Shown: positions 1 through 9,063 of the stretch, one piece after another
Layout: each line of letters begins with the position of its first letter
Numbering within the stretch: position 1 is the first letter of the stretch
Origin: a virus
Length of the DNA stretch: 64,000 bases
IMG/VR virus record: IMGVR_UViG_3300028608_000007
Location: 96,001-160,000 of that record
Strand: one strand, 5' to 3'
Program-made: the position numbers and the translations under genes
The notes under the pieces: generated by a model
Databases searched by the model: none
Seen by the model: only the letters and a program-made list of their open reading frames with translations
Told to the model about the DNA's origin: nothing

Positions 1-405
1 GTAGATGGTGTACAGCGGTACGTTCATGTTGACACGCGCACCTTCCGGCAACGCCAGCACTTCGATCGGCAGGTAGCCCAGGTCGTGCAGGGCTTCGAAG
101 CCGTCGACAGGCACTTTACCTTCACCGAGGTAGTTGTCCATGCGACGCTTGTAGCGCTTGATGACTTCGTCTTTCGGCTTGGAGAAGAAGCTGCGATCCC
201 ACAGTTCAGTCAGCTCTTGCAGGACGCCTTGCAGACCAGCCCAGACGACCTTCGAATCCCAGAACTGAGACTTCGACACAGACTTCTGGAACAGACGGTC
301 AGCACGAGCCGTCAGGTTACCGTAGGTGAAGTTCGCCCCGACGGGGAACATTGGACGGTGGCCAACTTTGTAACCATCAGCAACGTTAGGTGCAAACAGG
401 TTCAT
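1..405 (-). CDS. Nicotinamide phosphoribosyltransferase-like protein (Namat/NAMPT), N-terminal part; runs off the left edge
   Basis: Hand translation from the ATG at 405 gives MNLFAPNVADGYKVGHRPMFP...YGNLTAR...EALHDLGYLPIEVLALPEG, which are NAMPT-family motifs. It overlaps the PRPS-like stop (ATGA) and is absent from the ORF track because it is truncated. Confidence 0.9.
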   Translation of the reverse strand, partial: MNLFAPNVADGYKVGHRPMFPVGANFTYGNLTARADRLFQKSVSKSQFWDSKVVWAGLQGVLQELTELWDRSFFSKPKDEVIKRYKRRMDNYLGEGKVPVDGFEALHDLGYLPIEVLALPEGARVNMNVPLYTIY

Positions 406-1313
406 GCGTAAAGTCCTTGTACAGGGTGCCAGTAGATTTTGTCGTCGTTGACTTCGTCGGGACGTTTGTTGTACGCCGCCTGAGGGTGCCACGAGTTGGT
501 GGTACGAATCTGGTCGTAGTGACTACGCAGTTGAGCGTAACCTTTGGTGAACAGACCGTGAGTGACGAACAGCTCGAGAGAGCAGTAGTCATTGTCGCCG
601 CTCACACGCATGTAGTCCGCCTCGAAAGGCTGGAGCTTCTCACGCAGAGCTTTGGCCAGCTCGATGAAGGTGTAGCCGCCGTCGCAGATGTCGTCAACAA
701 CCAACCAGGTCAGACGAGGGGTCGGTTCAAACGGGATGTCTACACTGGTGCCAACGATCTTGCCGGTTTCGACGTCACGGTGTTTGGAACCGTAAGCGAT
801 ACGAGTAACACCAACCAAACGGGCCAGTTCTTCAACCTTCTTCACCGCCCCAGCGTCAGGCGATACCAGCACCACACGTTCCCAGACTTGACGATCCAGC
901 TTGGCAACGATCTGCGGCAAGGTGATGTGAGTCAAACGATCCAGCAGCGCAGCACCTACGTCACTGTGGATGTCGAGGACGGTTACGGTGTTGTAGCGCT
1001 GGAGGTTGATGATGTCGCAGAACGGCTTGATGGTCAGCGACTCACCTGAACGTGGTACACGGTCTTGACGAGCGTACGGCAGGTAAGGCATGAACAAGTG
1101 GATCTCGAGGGCTGGGTTCAGCCGACGGATCGCATCAGTGACCATGACGAGGTCCATGATGTCCACTGCGTTCTTGAGGTGAGCAGTCAGGTTGACCGCT
1201 TTCCAACTTGCTACAGCAGGGTCGACGTACGGATGCACTTCACCGCCCGGCAACACTTTCGAGTTAGCGGGAAACGAGATGTTCACGTCTCCGCGATTGC
1301 TAATCAAAATCAT
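402..1313 (-). CDS. Ribose-phosphate pyrophosphokinase-like protein (probable Adps of NARP1)
   Basis: Motifs GGEVHP, YLPYARQDR, LDIHS, SPDAGA and VVDDICDGGYTF (PRT loop). Confidence 0.92.
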   Translation of the reverse strand: MILISNRGDVNISFPANSKVLPGGEVHPYVDPAVASWKAVNLTAHLKNAVDIMDLVMVTDAIRRLNPALEIHLFMPYLPYARQDRVPRSGESLTIKPFCDIINLQRYNTVTVLDIHSDVGAALLDRLTHITLPQIVAKLDRQVWERVVLVSPDAGAVKKVEELARLVGVTRIAYGSKHRDVETGKIVGTSVDIPFEPTPRLTWLVVDDICDGGYTFIELAKALREKLQPFEADYMRVSGDNDYCSLELFVTHGLFTKGYAQLRSHYDQIRTTNSWHPQAAYNKRPDEVNDDKIYWHPVQGLYA

Positions 1314-1380
1314 GTGGCTTCCTTTTCTTTATTGCATACGGGTTACTCTCACTCAATACAACCTCTATGTAAGAAAAAAA

Positions 1381-1403
1381 AAGAGGGGCACGAAGCCCCT
1401 CTT
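1381..1403 (-). terminator. Intrinsic terminator
   Basis: AAGAGGGGC-ACGAA-GCCCCTCTT with an A-tract on the left (U-tract on the minus strand). Confidence 0.8.
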
Positions 1404-1406
1404 TAA

Positions 1407-1652
1407 TCAGCCGAAGATCTTTTGCATCAGCGACCGCTTCTTCGGCACAGGTCGAGATGCGATAGCCAGTACAGCCAACAGACCCAAGCCAGCGACAGCA
1501 ACTTTAGCCTGAGCGTCTACGACAGCACGTTCAGTCTTCTGCTCTTCGACTTGGACTTCGAGTTGTTTGAGTTCGGCTTTCTTCGCTGCGATTTGCAGTT
1601 CGATTCCAGCCAGTTCTGCGTCTTGCGCGGTAATCAGTTGTTGCTCACTCAT
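1407..1652 (-). CDS. Small coiled-coil protein with a C-terminal hydrophobic segment
   Basis: Likely start MSEQQ at 1652 (ATGA overlap); heptad-like region followed by VAVAGLGLLAVLAIA. Confidence 0.65.
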   Translation of the reverse strand: MSEQQLITAQDAELAGIELQIAAKKAELKQLEVQVEEQKTERAVVDAQAKVAVAGLGLLAVLAIASRPVPKKRSLMQKIFG

Positions 1653-1816
1653 TTCGACCCCTTGGGCGGACGCCCTTCCAGCTTGCGCCAAGTTTCATCA
1701 AGCTGCTTCATGTGCTTGGCGAGTTCTTCGTGTTTCCCTGCTTGATGTAACTCAAAGGCTTCTGAGCCCGGCATCATCAGGGTACCGTCTGAATAACGTA
1801 CTGCTTTAGTAGCCAT
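1649..1816 (-). CDS. Small hypothetical protein (55 aa), not in the ORF track
   Basis: Hand translation MATKAVRYSDGTLMMPGSEAFELHQAGKHEELAKHMKQLDETWRKLEGRPPKGSK; fills the gap and overlaps both neighbours. Confidence 0.65.
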   Translation of the reverse strand: MATKAVRYSDGTLMMPGSEAFELHQAGKHEELAKHMKQLDETWRKLEGRPPKGSK

Positions 1817-2213
1817 AGGGACGTTTCCCCCGTGAGATCCAGCGGTTATTATTGCGAGCTACTTCCACCCAATCCTTTTCACCATAATTGTACTCCAGGG
1901 AAGTGGCGCATATAGCGTCAACCTTTTCTTGAGTAATGATTTTGGTGGATAGGGAAGGAGCATAGTCCTCTTGGCAACGGATAGCGTATTTTGCACGCTT
2001 GCGATCGTTGTCTCCTTTCAACCAAACTGGATCAACCAACATGCGGTCGGTAACAAAGAAGCTTTCGAGTTTGCGTCCTTTAAAGACGGTAACAGACGCA
2101 ATGCCAACCGCCAAAGCAATTATTGCGATCAACAGAATGGCACCGGCAATCGCGTTCTCTTTATTACTGACCTTACCGCAGTTACCCTTACATCTGCATA
2201 CACAAGCAACCAT
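1806..2213 (-). CDS. Membrane-anchored hypothetical protein
   Basis: Probable start MVACVCRCKGNCGK right after the upstream stop; one TM segment. Confidence 0.6.
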   Translation of the reverse strand: MVACVCRCKGNCGKVSNKENAIAGAILLIAIIALAVGIASVTVFKGRKLESFFVTDRMLVDPVWLKGDNDRKRAKYAIRCQEDYAPSLSTKIITQEKVDAICATSLEYNYGEKDWVEVARNNNRWISRGKRPYGY

Positions 2214-2214
2214 T

Positions 2215-2628
2215 TCAGCGATCCTCGTCCGACTCGTAAATAACAATACCCAACTGCTGACGCTCCCAGTTGAGCATAGCGACCTTCGAGAAGTCCTTGT
2301 CAGGATACATAGCCGTAGCCATGTTCTCACAAGCCTCGATCACCTCAGGGTTCATCTGCTCACCTTTAGCAGCAAAACCCCGACCTTCTTTCAAACAGTT
2401 ACGGGCGAAGGAACGCTTCTTCTCCAGATACTGCTCTTCGAGGTAAAGGGCATCGATCTCATGCTCCTTACCTGTTTCGTGCATCTTGTACGCACCAACG
2501 GAACCCACACCCACCACACCAACCATCAGTACTGTCAAGCCGATGTTGGTAGAGTGGCGTTTAAGCATTCCCTTGAACGCTTCCCAACCAAGAACCAATG
2601 CGTAAGCCAAACCAACCAACTTACTCAT
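2215..2628 (-). CDS. Membrane-anchored hypothetical protein
   Basis: Two N-terminal hydrophobic segments; packed in the operon. Confidence 0.65.
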   Translation of the reverse strand: MSKLVGLAYALVLGWEAFKGMLKRHSTNIGLTVLMVGVVGVGSVGAYKMHETGKEHEIDALYLEEQYLEKKRSFARNCLKEGRGFAAKGEQMNPEVIEACENMATAMYPDKDFSKVAMLNWERQQLGIVIYESDEDR

Positions 2629-3125
2629 TTGGTCACCGCTGGCGCTTGGCGCGGTTGAACGTAGCGAGTGTCGTAACCTTCTTCACCCGGCAGCAGGTTC
2701 TGAGGATCAGGGTAGAGCATCTGCCAGATACGCAGATCTGCACCACCGCGCTGTTTCAATTCAGCACAGTAGAGGTTCAGCATCTGGTAGGTGTTGCACG
2801 GATGCATAGCCGAACGCATCGGGGTAGGATCACCATCCGAACGTTTGACGATATCGGTGCGTACAACTTCTTCTGCCTTGCCTTCTTTGATCCAAGCGGT
2901 TGCCTGGTTCTTGAGCATCATCCCCAGAATGCGGTTGTCGATCACACCGCAGATGAACAGCTCCGGCATACCGAGACGGGACAGACCCACGGTGTAGGAG
3001 TAGTTCAGACCGTTGCCACCAGCGTGTTGCGGAACGCCCGTGACGCTCAGGATCGCAAACTTGTTAGCAGCGATCGAACGCTTGATGTGACGTTTCACTT
3101 GTTTCTTGGTGTCTGCAACTTTCAT
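2625..3125 (-). CDS. DUF4262-like protein
   Basis: YSYTVGLSRLGMPELFICG and YPDPQNLLPGEEGY resemble DUF4262; start MKVADT at 3125. Confidence 0.6.
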   Translation of the reverse strand: MKVADTKKQVKRHIKRSIAANKFAILSVTGVPQHAGGNGLNYSYTVGLSRLGMPELFICGVIDNRILGMMLKNQATAWIKEGKAEEVVRTDIVKRSDGDPTPMRSAMHPCNTYQMLNLYCAELKQRGGADLRIWQMLYPDPQNLLPGEEGYDTRYVQPRQAPAVTK

Positions 3126-3126
3126 G

Positions 3127-3639
3127 TTACTTCCTTTTAATAGGGGTGACGGTGGCGCGAGGGGCTCCAAGGCGATGCGGGATCGGACCCGTGCCTTTTG
3201 GAATCTTCATCAGTTTAGCGCGACGCTTACGAATCGCTTCGGGGACGTACATGAACAGAGCTGGGGAAGAGAAGTCTGGTTGCCCATTCTTGATCTGCAC
3301 CAACACTGCCATCATTTCTTCTTTCGGTGGATTGGACCAGTCCATCTCGATCGTACTCGCTGAATCCCAACGGATACAGCTTGGAGCATTGTCGAGCATG
3401 AACTTATCCATACCCTGGTGTTTGATGGTCCGTTTGATAGCAGCAGCCGTACTGTTCATTGGGCCATCGATGTTGCGGGTTGCGTAGAAGCAATAGTGTT
3501 CCAGGTTATTACCCGAGGCAATCTCGTAGTAAGCGAGGTGTCCTTGAACCGGGATAGTCAACAAGAAACAACGAGTACCCACGAAAGCATGACTGCGATT
3601 AGTGTGGTACTCTTTCAACCGACGGACGATCAGGGACAT
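3127..3639 (-). CDS. Hypothetical protein
   Basis: 170-aa ORF in the operon with an AAGGAG-like RBS. Confidence 0.65.
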   Translation of the reverse strand: MSLIVRRLKEYHTNRSHAFVGTRCFLLTIPVQGHLAYYEIASGNNLEHYCFYATRNIDGPMNSTAAAIKRTIKHQGMDKFMLDNAPSCIRWDSASTIEMDWSNPPKEEMMAVLVQIKNGQPDFSSPALFMYVPEAIRKRRAKLMKIPKGTGPIPHRLGAPRATVTPIKRK

Positions 3640-3640
3640 G

Positions 3641-4039
3641 TCAGCCTTCTTTCTTTTCGTAAGCGTTGAGAATGGTGCGGCACTCTTCCTCGGTAGGTGG
3701 CCGAGGGGGAACGTTTTCGAACATCAACCACATCCCTTCAGTACGACCGCGGGATTTGTACCAACCCACCCACAGGCAAGTCGGTTGGGAGTTCATGAAG
3801 CCCTTGTCGTTTTCACGAGGGAGGGTATCAATATCCAGCAGACTGATGGTAGCGAAGTGTTGGTTCTCTTCGCACTGATGGTTAATGCGGTAGTCGCCTT
3901 CACGTTCAGCCAAATCGCGGATTTCGTTAGCCAAGGCGCAGTTCCAGTTATCCCCGGTGAACGGACCTTCGCGGAACCCACATTTAGGATCAGCACCGTT
4001 CCAAGTTTTACCACGGGTTTTACAAGCTTGACATTCCAT
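3641..4039 (-). CDS. Hypothetical protein with N-terminal Cys cluster
   Basis: CxxC...C...C; tightly packed in the operon. Confidence 0.65.
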   Translation of the reverse strand: MECQACKTRGKTWNGADPKCGFREGPFTGDNWNCALANEIRDLAEREGDYRINHQCEENQHFATISLLDIDTLPRENDKGFMNSQPTCLWVGWYKSRGRTEGMWLMFENVPPRPPTEEECRTILNAYEKKEG

Positions 4040-4636
4040 TTACGCTGCCCTTTTCAATTCGTTGCCATATTGGTCAACCAATGCATGAGCCTTTGCAAGC
4101 CCTTCATCGGTGTAAAGGTTGATACGTTTCGGGATACCAGCACGAATCGCCATCTGTAGCGCCATGTTAGTTCCACCTTTGACCACTTCAGTTTTGCCCA
4201 CTGGTTTAGCCCAGTAGATTATTGCACGGACTGGATCATTCAACATGTGTCCGTGAATCTGGAACACGTTGCGAGTGTGCATGGCTTTTGCCCCACGCTT
4301 ACACTTATCCCACGCAGGATGAACCTCTGATGCCATGCTGTGCGCAGTCTCCCAAGTAGGGAACTTCGTAGCATCGTAAAAGAAGTTCTTGGGGTCATGG
4401 TAACGATCCCACACCCCATCCCACGCCAGATAGATCCTAGCCTTCAAATCAAAATACCAACGGCTTTGTAGCGCTCCCTCATAGAACGCTCTGTCAGCAC
4501 CTTCGGCATCCCCACTACTCAAGGCGTAACCCTGAGCATAAAGCGCTAAACTAATTTGCCGCATTAACGCCAGAATGTCTTCCGGCGTTTCACGACTCCC
4601 CACTCCTGCAAACCACCCCCGGAAGATTGGTGGCAT
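4040..4636 (-). CDS. SLOG superfamily (DprA/Smf-like) protein
   Basis: FAGVGSRETP, SGDAEGADRAF and KGGTNMA motifs. Confidence 0.8.
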   Translation of the reverse strand: MPPIFRGWFAGVGSRETPEDILALMRQISLALYAQGYALSSGDAEGADRAFYEGALQSRWYFDLKARIYLAWDGVWDRYHDPKNFFYDATKFPTWETAHSMASEVHPAWDKCKRGAKAMHTRNVFQIHGHMLNDPVRAIIYWAKPVGKTEVVKGGTNMALQMAIRAGIPKRINLYTDEGLAKAHALVDQYGNELKRAA

Positions 4637-4640
4637 GGGA

Positions 4641-4940
4641 TCAGTCCTCTACTTTGTATTCCAGATAAGGACTAGACGGAATAGGTCCCGTCACTTTGAA
4701 AGCATCCCAGTAGTCCTTGTTGTAGCGCAGGGTCACGGCGTAGTAGTCTTCTACTCGACGCAACTCGATCTTCTTCAAGGATTGTCCGGGCAGGTGGTAG
4801 TTGGCACTGTTCTTGAAGAACTCCATAACCTCAGCGAACTCTTCAAAGTAGAACCGAGTGTTCGGTTCCAGTGCTGGGAACTCCTGTCCATCTTGTTTCA
4901 GATGAATGAGTCCAAAGGGGGGATATTGTTCAGGTCGCAT
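4641..4940 (-). CDS. Hypothetical protein
   Basis: 99-aa ORF in the operon. Confidence 0.55.
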   Translation of the reverse strand: MRPEQYPPFGLIHLKQDGQEFPALEPNTRFYFEEFAEVMEFFKNSANYHLPGQSLKKIELRRVEDYYAVTLRYNKDYWDAFKVTGPIPSSPYLEYKVED

Positions 4941-5359
4941 GGGGATGCCTCGTCGAGATCAAGATTGATGAGTAACTTGTCGCCGTTGATAACCTCCATA
5001 TGCTCAACAACAAAGACTACGCCTTTGCCGCCTCGGATATAAGGAATCACGTACGCATAGATTTGGTTGTAAAGTTCGAGAACAAAGTCCACGAACATCC
5101 GGTTCTCCAAAGTGGACATCTCCACAATGATGTTCCCAACCGTATCTTTCTCGTCACTCTCTACATCTTCATTCTCGTAAACCATATCCAAATACAGGTT
5201 GAACAGGCTTGCGATGTTGTTGCGATCCAGCCGCTCAGGGTGCTGCATAGCAAACGTACAAACGAAATCAATGCAATACCACAAGTTGTGCTCGATAGCT
5301 CCTGACATGGTCTGTAACAGCTCACGACAAGGAATTACGAACTTGGTTTCCATAGACAC
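4898..5359 (-). CDS. Hypothetical acidic protein
   Basis: 153-aa ORF in the operon. Confidence 0.65.
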   Translation of the reverse strand: MSMETKFVIPCRELLQTMSGAIEHNLWYCIDFVCTFAMQHPERLDRNNIASLFNLYLDMVYENEDVESDEKDTVGNIIVEMSTLENRMFVDFVLELYNQIYAYVIPYIRGGKGVVFVVEHMEVINGDKLLINLDLDEASPCDLNNIPPLDSFI

Positions 5360-5360
5360 C

Positions 5361-5597
5361 TCACGACATCAGGACATCTCGGACGAAAGCTAGGTGGAAT
5401 ACCGCAGCGAAGACCACCGCCATAAACAACAGGACAAAGGTACACAGCCCGATGTTCCAAGGCTCATGACGCCACGACCAGCACATTGCGTGCCATAGTT
5501 CAGCGATGTCGTCATCTGACCTAGCGTACGCACCGAGGTAAAACGCACAGTTCAGAGCAATGAAGAGAATCAAGACTGTTAGAAGGAAACCGATCAT
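5361..5597 (-). CDS. Small two-TM membrane protein
   Basis: Start MIGFLLTV at 5597 (ATGA overlap); TM, Trp-rich loop, TM. Confidence 0.6.
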   Translation of the reverse strand: MIGFLLTVLILFIALNCAFYLGAYARSDDDIAELWHAMCWSWRHEPWNIGLCTFVLLFMAVVFAAVFHLAFVRDVLMS

Positions 5598-5839
5598 GGG
5601 AAGAACTTCGTGTAGTTGACGTAGGAGATGATGGGGAACAGGATTACATGGAGCACTACCAGACCCATCCAGAGACGGACAATGCTCACGCCGTGGTTTT
5701 GACGCCACAGCATTTCGATCTGCGCTTTCCACTCAGGCCAATCAAAGCCCAACTCGGAATGGAAAATGCGGAACGATACAATCAGGAACACAGTGGTCCA
5801 CAGGAACACCATGAAGTAGGTTGGCAATTCAGCAGCCAT
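5594..5839 (-). CDS. Small two-TM membrane protein
   Basis: Start MAAELP at 5839; same architecture as its neighbour. Confidence 0.6.
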   Translation of the reverse strand: MAAELPTYFMVFLWTTVFLIVSFRIFHSELGFDWPEWKAQIEMLWRQNHGVSIVRLWMGLVVLHVILFPIISYVNYTKFFP

Positions 5840-5865
5840 TTTCTTTTGCTTCCTCAAGCATAGAA

Positions 5866-5883
5866 GGGCTCCCGCAGGAGCCC
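5866..5883 (-). terminator. Hairpin followed by TATGC on the minus strand
   Basis: GGGCTCC-CGCA-GGAGCCC; GCATA at 5858-5862. Confidence 0.7.
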
Positions 5884-5889
5884 GAAAGG

Positions 5890-6369
5890 TTATTTGACCA
5901 GAGAGTCGAAGATACCAATCCAGTACCAGAACAAACCAACGAAGATACTGGCGGCGTAGAAGGTGGTGTACGCCTTACGGTCTACCTTCTTCAGTTCATC
6001 GATGTGTTCACGTACCGCCCAGAACTGTTTCCAGTGAGCACGTGGTTGATAGCCCACACCTTGTCTACGTGCAACCGCGTAACGGTAGAGCATGGTGATC
6101 GCGATGTAGCACACGAGGATAAACACCGCAGCGTACTTCAACGCACCACTAGACAAAACCATCCCGATTAACAGCCCGTAGGACCCGAACCACAGCGCCA
6201 TCTCCACCAACGGTTTCTTCAACCGCCTGTCACGGAGGATAGGAGCCAGGCCTTTAAGCAGTTCCTTCGGACGAAAACCAATCTCTTGTACGCCACAGTA
6301 CACAGCAATACCAGCGCTGAGCAGCACAGCACACAACACACCAAACAGAGCACCGTATACAGCAGTCAT
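5890..6369 (-). CDS. Multi-pass membrane protein
   Basis: About 4 hydrophobic segments. Confidence 0.7.
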   Translation of the reverse strand: MTAVYGALFGVLCAVLLSAGIAVYCGVQEIGFRPKELLKGLAPILRDRRLKKPLVEMALWFGSYGLLIGMVLSSGALKYAAVFILVCYIAITMLYRYAVARRQGVGYQPRAHWKQFWAVREHIDELKKVDRKAYTTFYAASIFVGLFWYWIGIFDSLVK

Positions 6370-7322
6370 TAGCGATTTCCTTTATTGTCGCCCGGTTCTT
6401 CAAATTCGTCCACCAAATGCGGACAGTCGTCGTAGTTGAACTCTTCTTGTGGCTCAGGAGGGAGTTCATCCTCATCGTCATCCATAAACAACGGGTACTC
6501 CTCGTCAATCAAAACCTCTGGGTTCTTGTCAAGGTGGGCCGCAATGTGTAGGTGACGATACAGTGGAGGGAGGAATCGTGCGTAACGGCTAACGATCACA
6601 CCGTCCAAGTAACGACGGAAGTTCCAAGTAAAGAGGTAGTGGGCCAGTTTCTTAACGGACTCAATACCGGTTTCTTTAAAGCTTATGCCCTTGGCTTTGT
6701 TGAGGCGAATGACTGCGTGCCAGAACATGCCAAAAGCGAGGTGATACTCTTCCCAACCCATCTTGCGAGGGTAGTGGTCGACCCCAGCTTGGATGTGTTC
6801 GTTGTTATAGTCCTTCAACAACTCTTCCAACGCATGTAAACACGCGGTGTTCTCATTGAAGAAGTAGTTGCGACCGAACTCAGCACCCATCAAACCGTAA
6901 TAGCCAACGCCTGTTTGGTTCAAGAGTTTCTTACGACTCTTCACGTCCTCCTGCTCTTGCATGGATTTCTCGTGACGTTTGCGAGCCGCCAAGGTATCCT
7001 TGAGGTGCGCTTCTTTCACGATACAGGATTTAGTGACCGCCGCAGAGGAAGGCCAACCCAAGGCTTGCCAACACAATGCAGACGCATCGTCGTAATCCAC
7101 CTTCAACTCACGCCACACGTGATGGACTAACCGACCCATCAAGGTTTGTGAGATGTAGGGTTTCTTGCGAATAATTTCCAATGTTTCTTCGACCGCAGCT
7201 TTGTCGATGTGGGCTTCCAACACTACTTCACGAGGCTTTGACTTGTTGAAGTTGTGACTAGCTGTCGGACGGAGGTAGTAGACAGGTTGATTCTTCTTAG
7301 AGCCCATGGTATTCCGTTCCAA
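6369..7322 (-). CDS. Hypothetical protein with acidic C-terminus
   Basis: 317-aa ORF (start may be 7307). Confidence 0.75.
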   Translation of the reverse strand: MERNTMGSKKNQPVYYLRPTASHNFNKSKPREVVLEAHIDKAAVEETLEIIRKKPYISQTLMGRLVHHVWRELKVDYDDASALCWQALGWPSSAAVTKSCIVKEAHLKDTLAARKRHEKSMQEQEDVKSRKKLLNQTGVGYYGLMGAEFGRNYFFNENTACLHALEELLKDYNNEHIQAGVDHYPRKMGWEEYHLAFGMFWHAVIRLNKAKGISFKETGIESVKKLAHYLFTWNFRRYLDGVIVSRYARFLPPLYRHLHIAAHLDKNPEVLIDEEYPLFMDDDEDELPPEPQEEFNYDDCPHLVDEFEEPGDNKGNR

Positions 7323-7355
7323 ATAGATGCGGGTCCCCGAAGAGACCCTAAGCGA

Positions 7356-7709
7356 TTAAAGTTTGGTGCGTGCAGCGAGGATGTTTCGATTCTTCATCGG
7401 TTGTAGCGCAATGCCACAACCCACTTCCCAGACTGCAATGCGTTCGTAAGGATCAGGACCATAACGTTCCCACTCCATCGCATTCACATATACCGGGTTG
7501 CCGGTCACACCAGCCACCATCAGCGTAACCCGCATGTAGTTACCACCGTCGGCCGGTTGAACGTCCCAGACATCGGCGTATTGGCGCAGACTCCCACGAC
7601 CAAGATCGCGCATGTAGTCCGAGTAGAACTTGTGTCGCACCGCAAACGCTAGCAGACCCAGCAACAGTACGATTACCAGTACAACAATGAAGATGTCCTT
7701 CCATTCCAT
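7356..7709 (-). CDS. Membrane-anchored hypothetical protein
   Basis: N-terminal TM segment. Confidence 0.7.
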   Translation of the reverse strand: MEWKDIFIVVLVIVLLLGLLAFAVRHKFYSDYMRDLGRGSLRQYADVWDVQPADGGNYMRVTLMVAGVTGNPVYVNAMEWERYGPDPYERIAVWEVGCGIALQPMKNRNILAARTKL

Positions 7710-7711
7710 CG

Positions 7712-8458
7712 TTACATCCTCGGAACCACTACCCCGGTTTGACCCTGATACTTGCCCCCACGGTCTTTGTACGAGGTTTCACAGGCCTCGTCAGACTCCA
7801 GGAACAGCATCTGCGCAACGCCTTCGTTGGCGTAGATCTTTGCAGGGAGGTTGGTGGTGTTGGAGAACTCCAGCGTCACGTGACCTTCCCACTCAGGTTC
7901 GAGCGGGGTGACGTTGACGATGATGCCGCAGCGAGCATAGGTCGACTTGCCCAGGCAGATGGTCAGGACATTCCGTGGGATGCGGAAGTACTCAACCGTA
8001 CGAGCCAGTGCAAAGCTGTTCGGTGGGATGATGCACACGTCGGACTTGATGTCCACGAATGCTTTCTCATCGAAGTTCTTCGGATCGACCGTTGCCGAGT
8101 TGATGTTGGTGAACACCTTGAACTCGTCAGCACAACGTACGTCGTAACCATACGACGAAGTGCCGTAGGAGATCAGTTTGTCTGTCCGATTGTTCAGGAC
8201 CTCGTTCTTGACGAATTTACTACGAACCTGACCGTATTCGAACGGTTCGATCATTGGCTTGAAGCCGGTACGAATCGGATCGTCTTCCTTCAAGCGCACA
8301 GCCCAGAAGCGAGCCTCCAAGCTTTCCAGTTGGTCTTTGGTGTGAGTGATACCTTCCCACGCCGGTTCCTTGATCTCACTCGAACCCGGCTTTACGTACA
8401 ACAGGTGGGTTGGTGGAACCGATTTACGGCGAATCCATTTGTCTGGTTTGATGCTCAC
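7712..8458 (-). CDS. dcd: dCTP deaminase with an N-terminal insertion
   Basis: [51 protein letters not shown] and KYQGQ match gammaproteobacterial Dcd closely. Confidence 0.97.
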   Translation of the reverse strand: MSIKPDKWIRRKSVPPTHLLYVKPGSSEIKEPAWEGITHTKDQLESLEARFWAVRLKEDDPIRTGFKPMIEPFEYGQVRSKFVKNEVLNNRTDKLISYGTSSYGYDVRCADEFKVFTNINSATVDPKNFDEKAFVDIKSDVCIIPPNSFALARTVEYFRIPRNVLTICLGKSTYARCGIIVNVTPLEPEWEGHVTLEFSNTTNLPAKIYANEGVAQMLFLESDEACETSYKDRGGKYQGQTGVVVPRM

Positions 8459-9063
8459 GTTAACAGTTCCTTGATTGCATTTTCGAGAGTGAGGGAAGGA
8501 GTAACGAAAGCTACGATGCCTTCATGCTGGGTGAAGATACGCAGGCTCTCTTTGATTTCTGGAAGCGAGTCTTCTACGTCGAAGCTAACAAACACGACAG
8601 ACGAGTTGATCTCTTCGAGGATCTCAATGAGCTGTTCAGCACTGTGTTCCAGTTCCTCGAATACACCTTCTACGTTGGCGTGTACCTGCTCGATGTCTTC
8701 GAAGGTGACGTAGACCACCGTGGTATCACGGGTGTCCAGTGCGCGGTGATACGCATCGAGTAGTAGACCGCTCTTTACAGTTTTCGTGACGGTGCTGCGG
8801 TGCCCAAGGTAGTCGTATGTTTCTTCCTCGATCGGCCACATGGCGGACTTTGGGAAAGGATACACACGACCATCAGGGAGTTTGGTGATATACAGACCAG
8901 ACTTCAAAAGCTGGGTGACCAGCAGGTCTTGACCAATGAAGGGTCGAGCATCAGGATCAATCCCGTGATCGCCCCCACCGGTCATGTTGTAGTGCTTACC
9001 GATCTCCAGCGGATTGCCACGAAACAGTTTCTCCTGCTCGCGACTCATAGATAGCTTAGCCAT
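8455..9063 (-). CDS. Hypothetical protein
   Basis: 202-aa ORF overlapping its neighbours. Confidence 0.7.
   Translation of the reverse strand: MAKLSMSREQEKLFRGNPLEIGKHYNMTGGGDHGIDPDARPFIGQDLLVTQLLKSGLYITKLPDGRVYPFPKSAMWPIEEETYDYLGHRSTVTKTVKSGLLLDAYHRALDTRDTTVVYVTFEDIEQVHANVEGVFEELEHSAEQLIEILEEINSSVVFVSFDVEDSLPEIKESLRIFTQHEGIVAFVTPSLTLENAIKELLT

Noticed and set aside
7770-8460. Possible intein or intron in dcd
   Set aside because: The insert is about 50 aa, in frame, and has no splicing motifs.
7739-8713. 324-aa plus-strand ORF
   Set aside because: Antisense shadow of dcd and its neighbour; no RBS or motifs.
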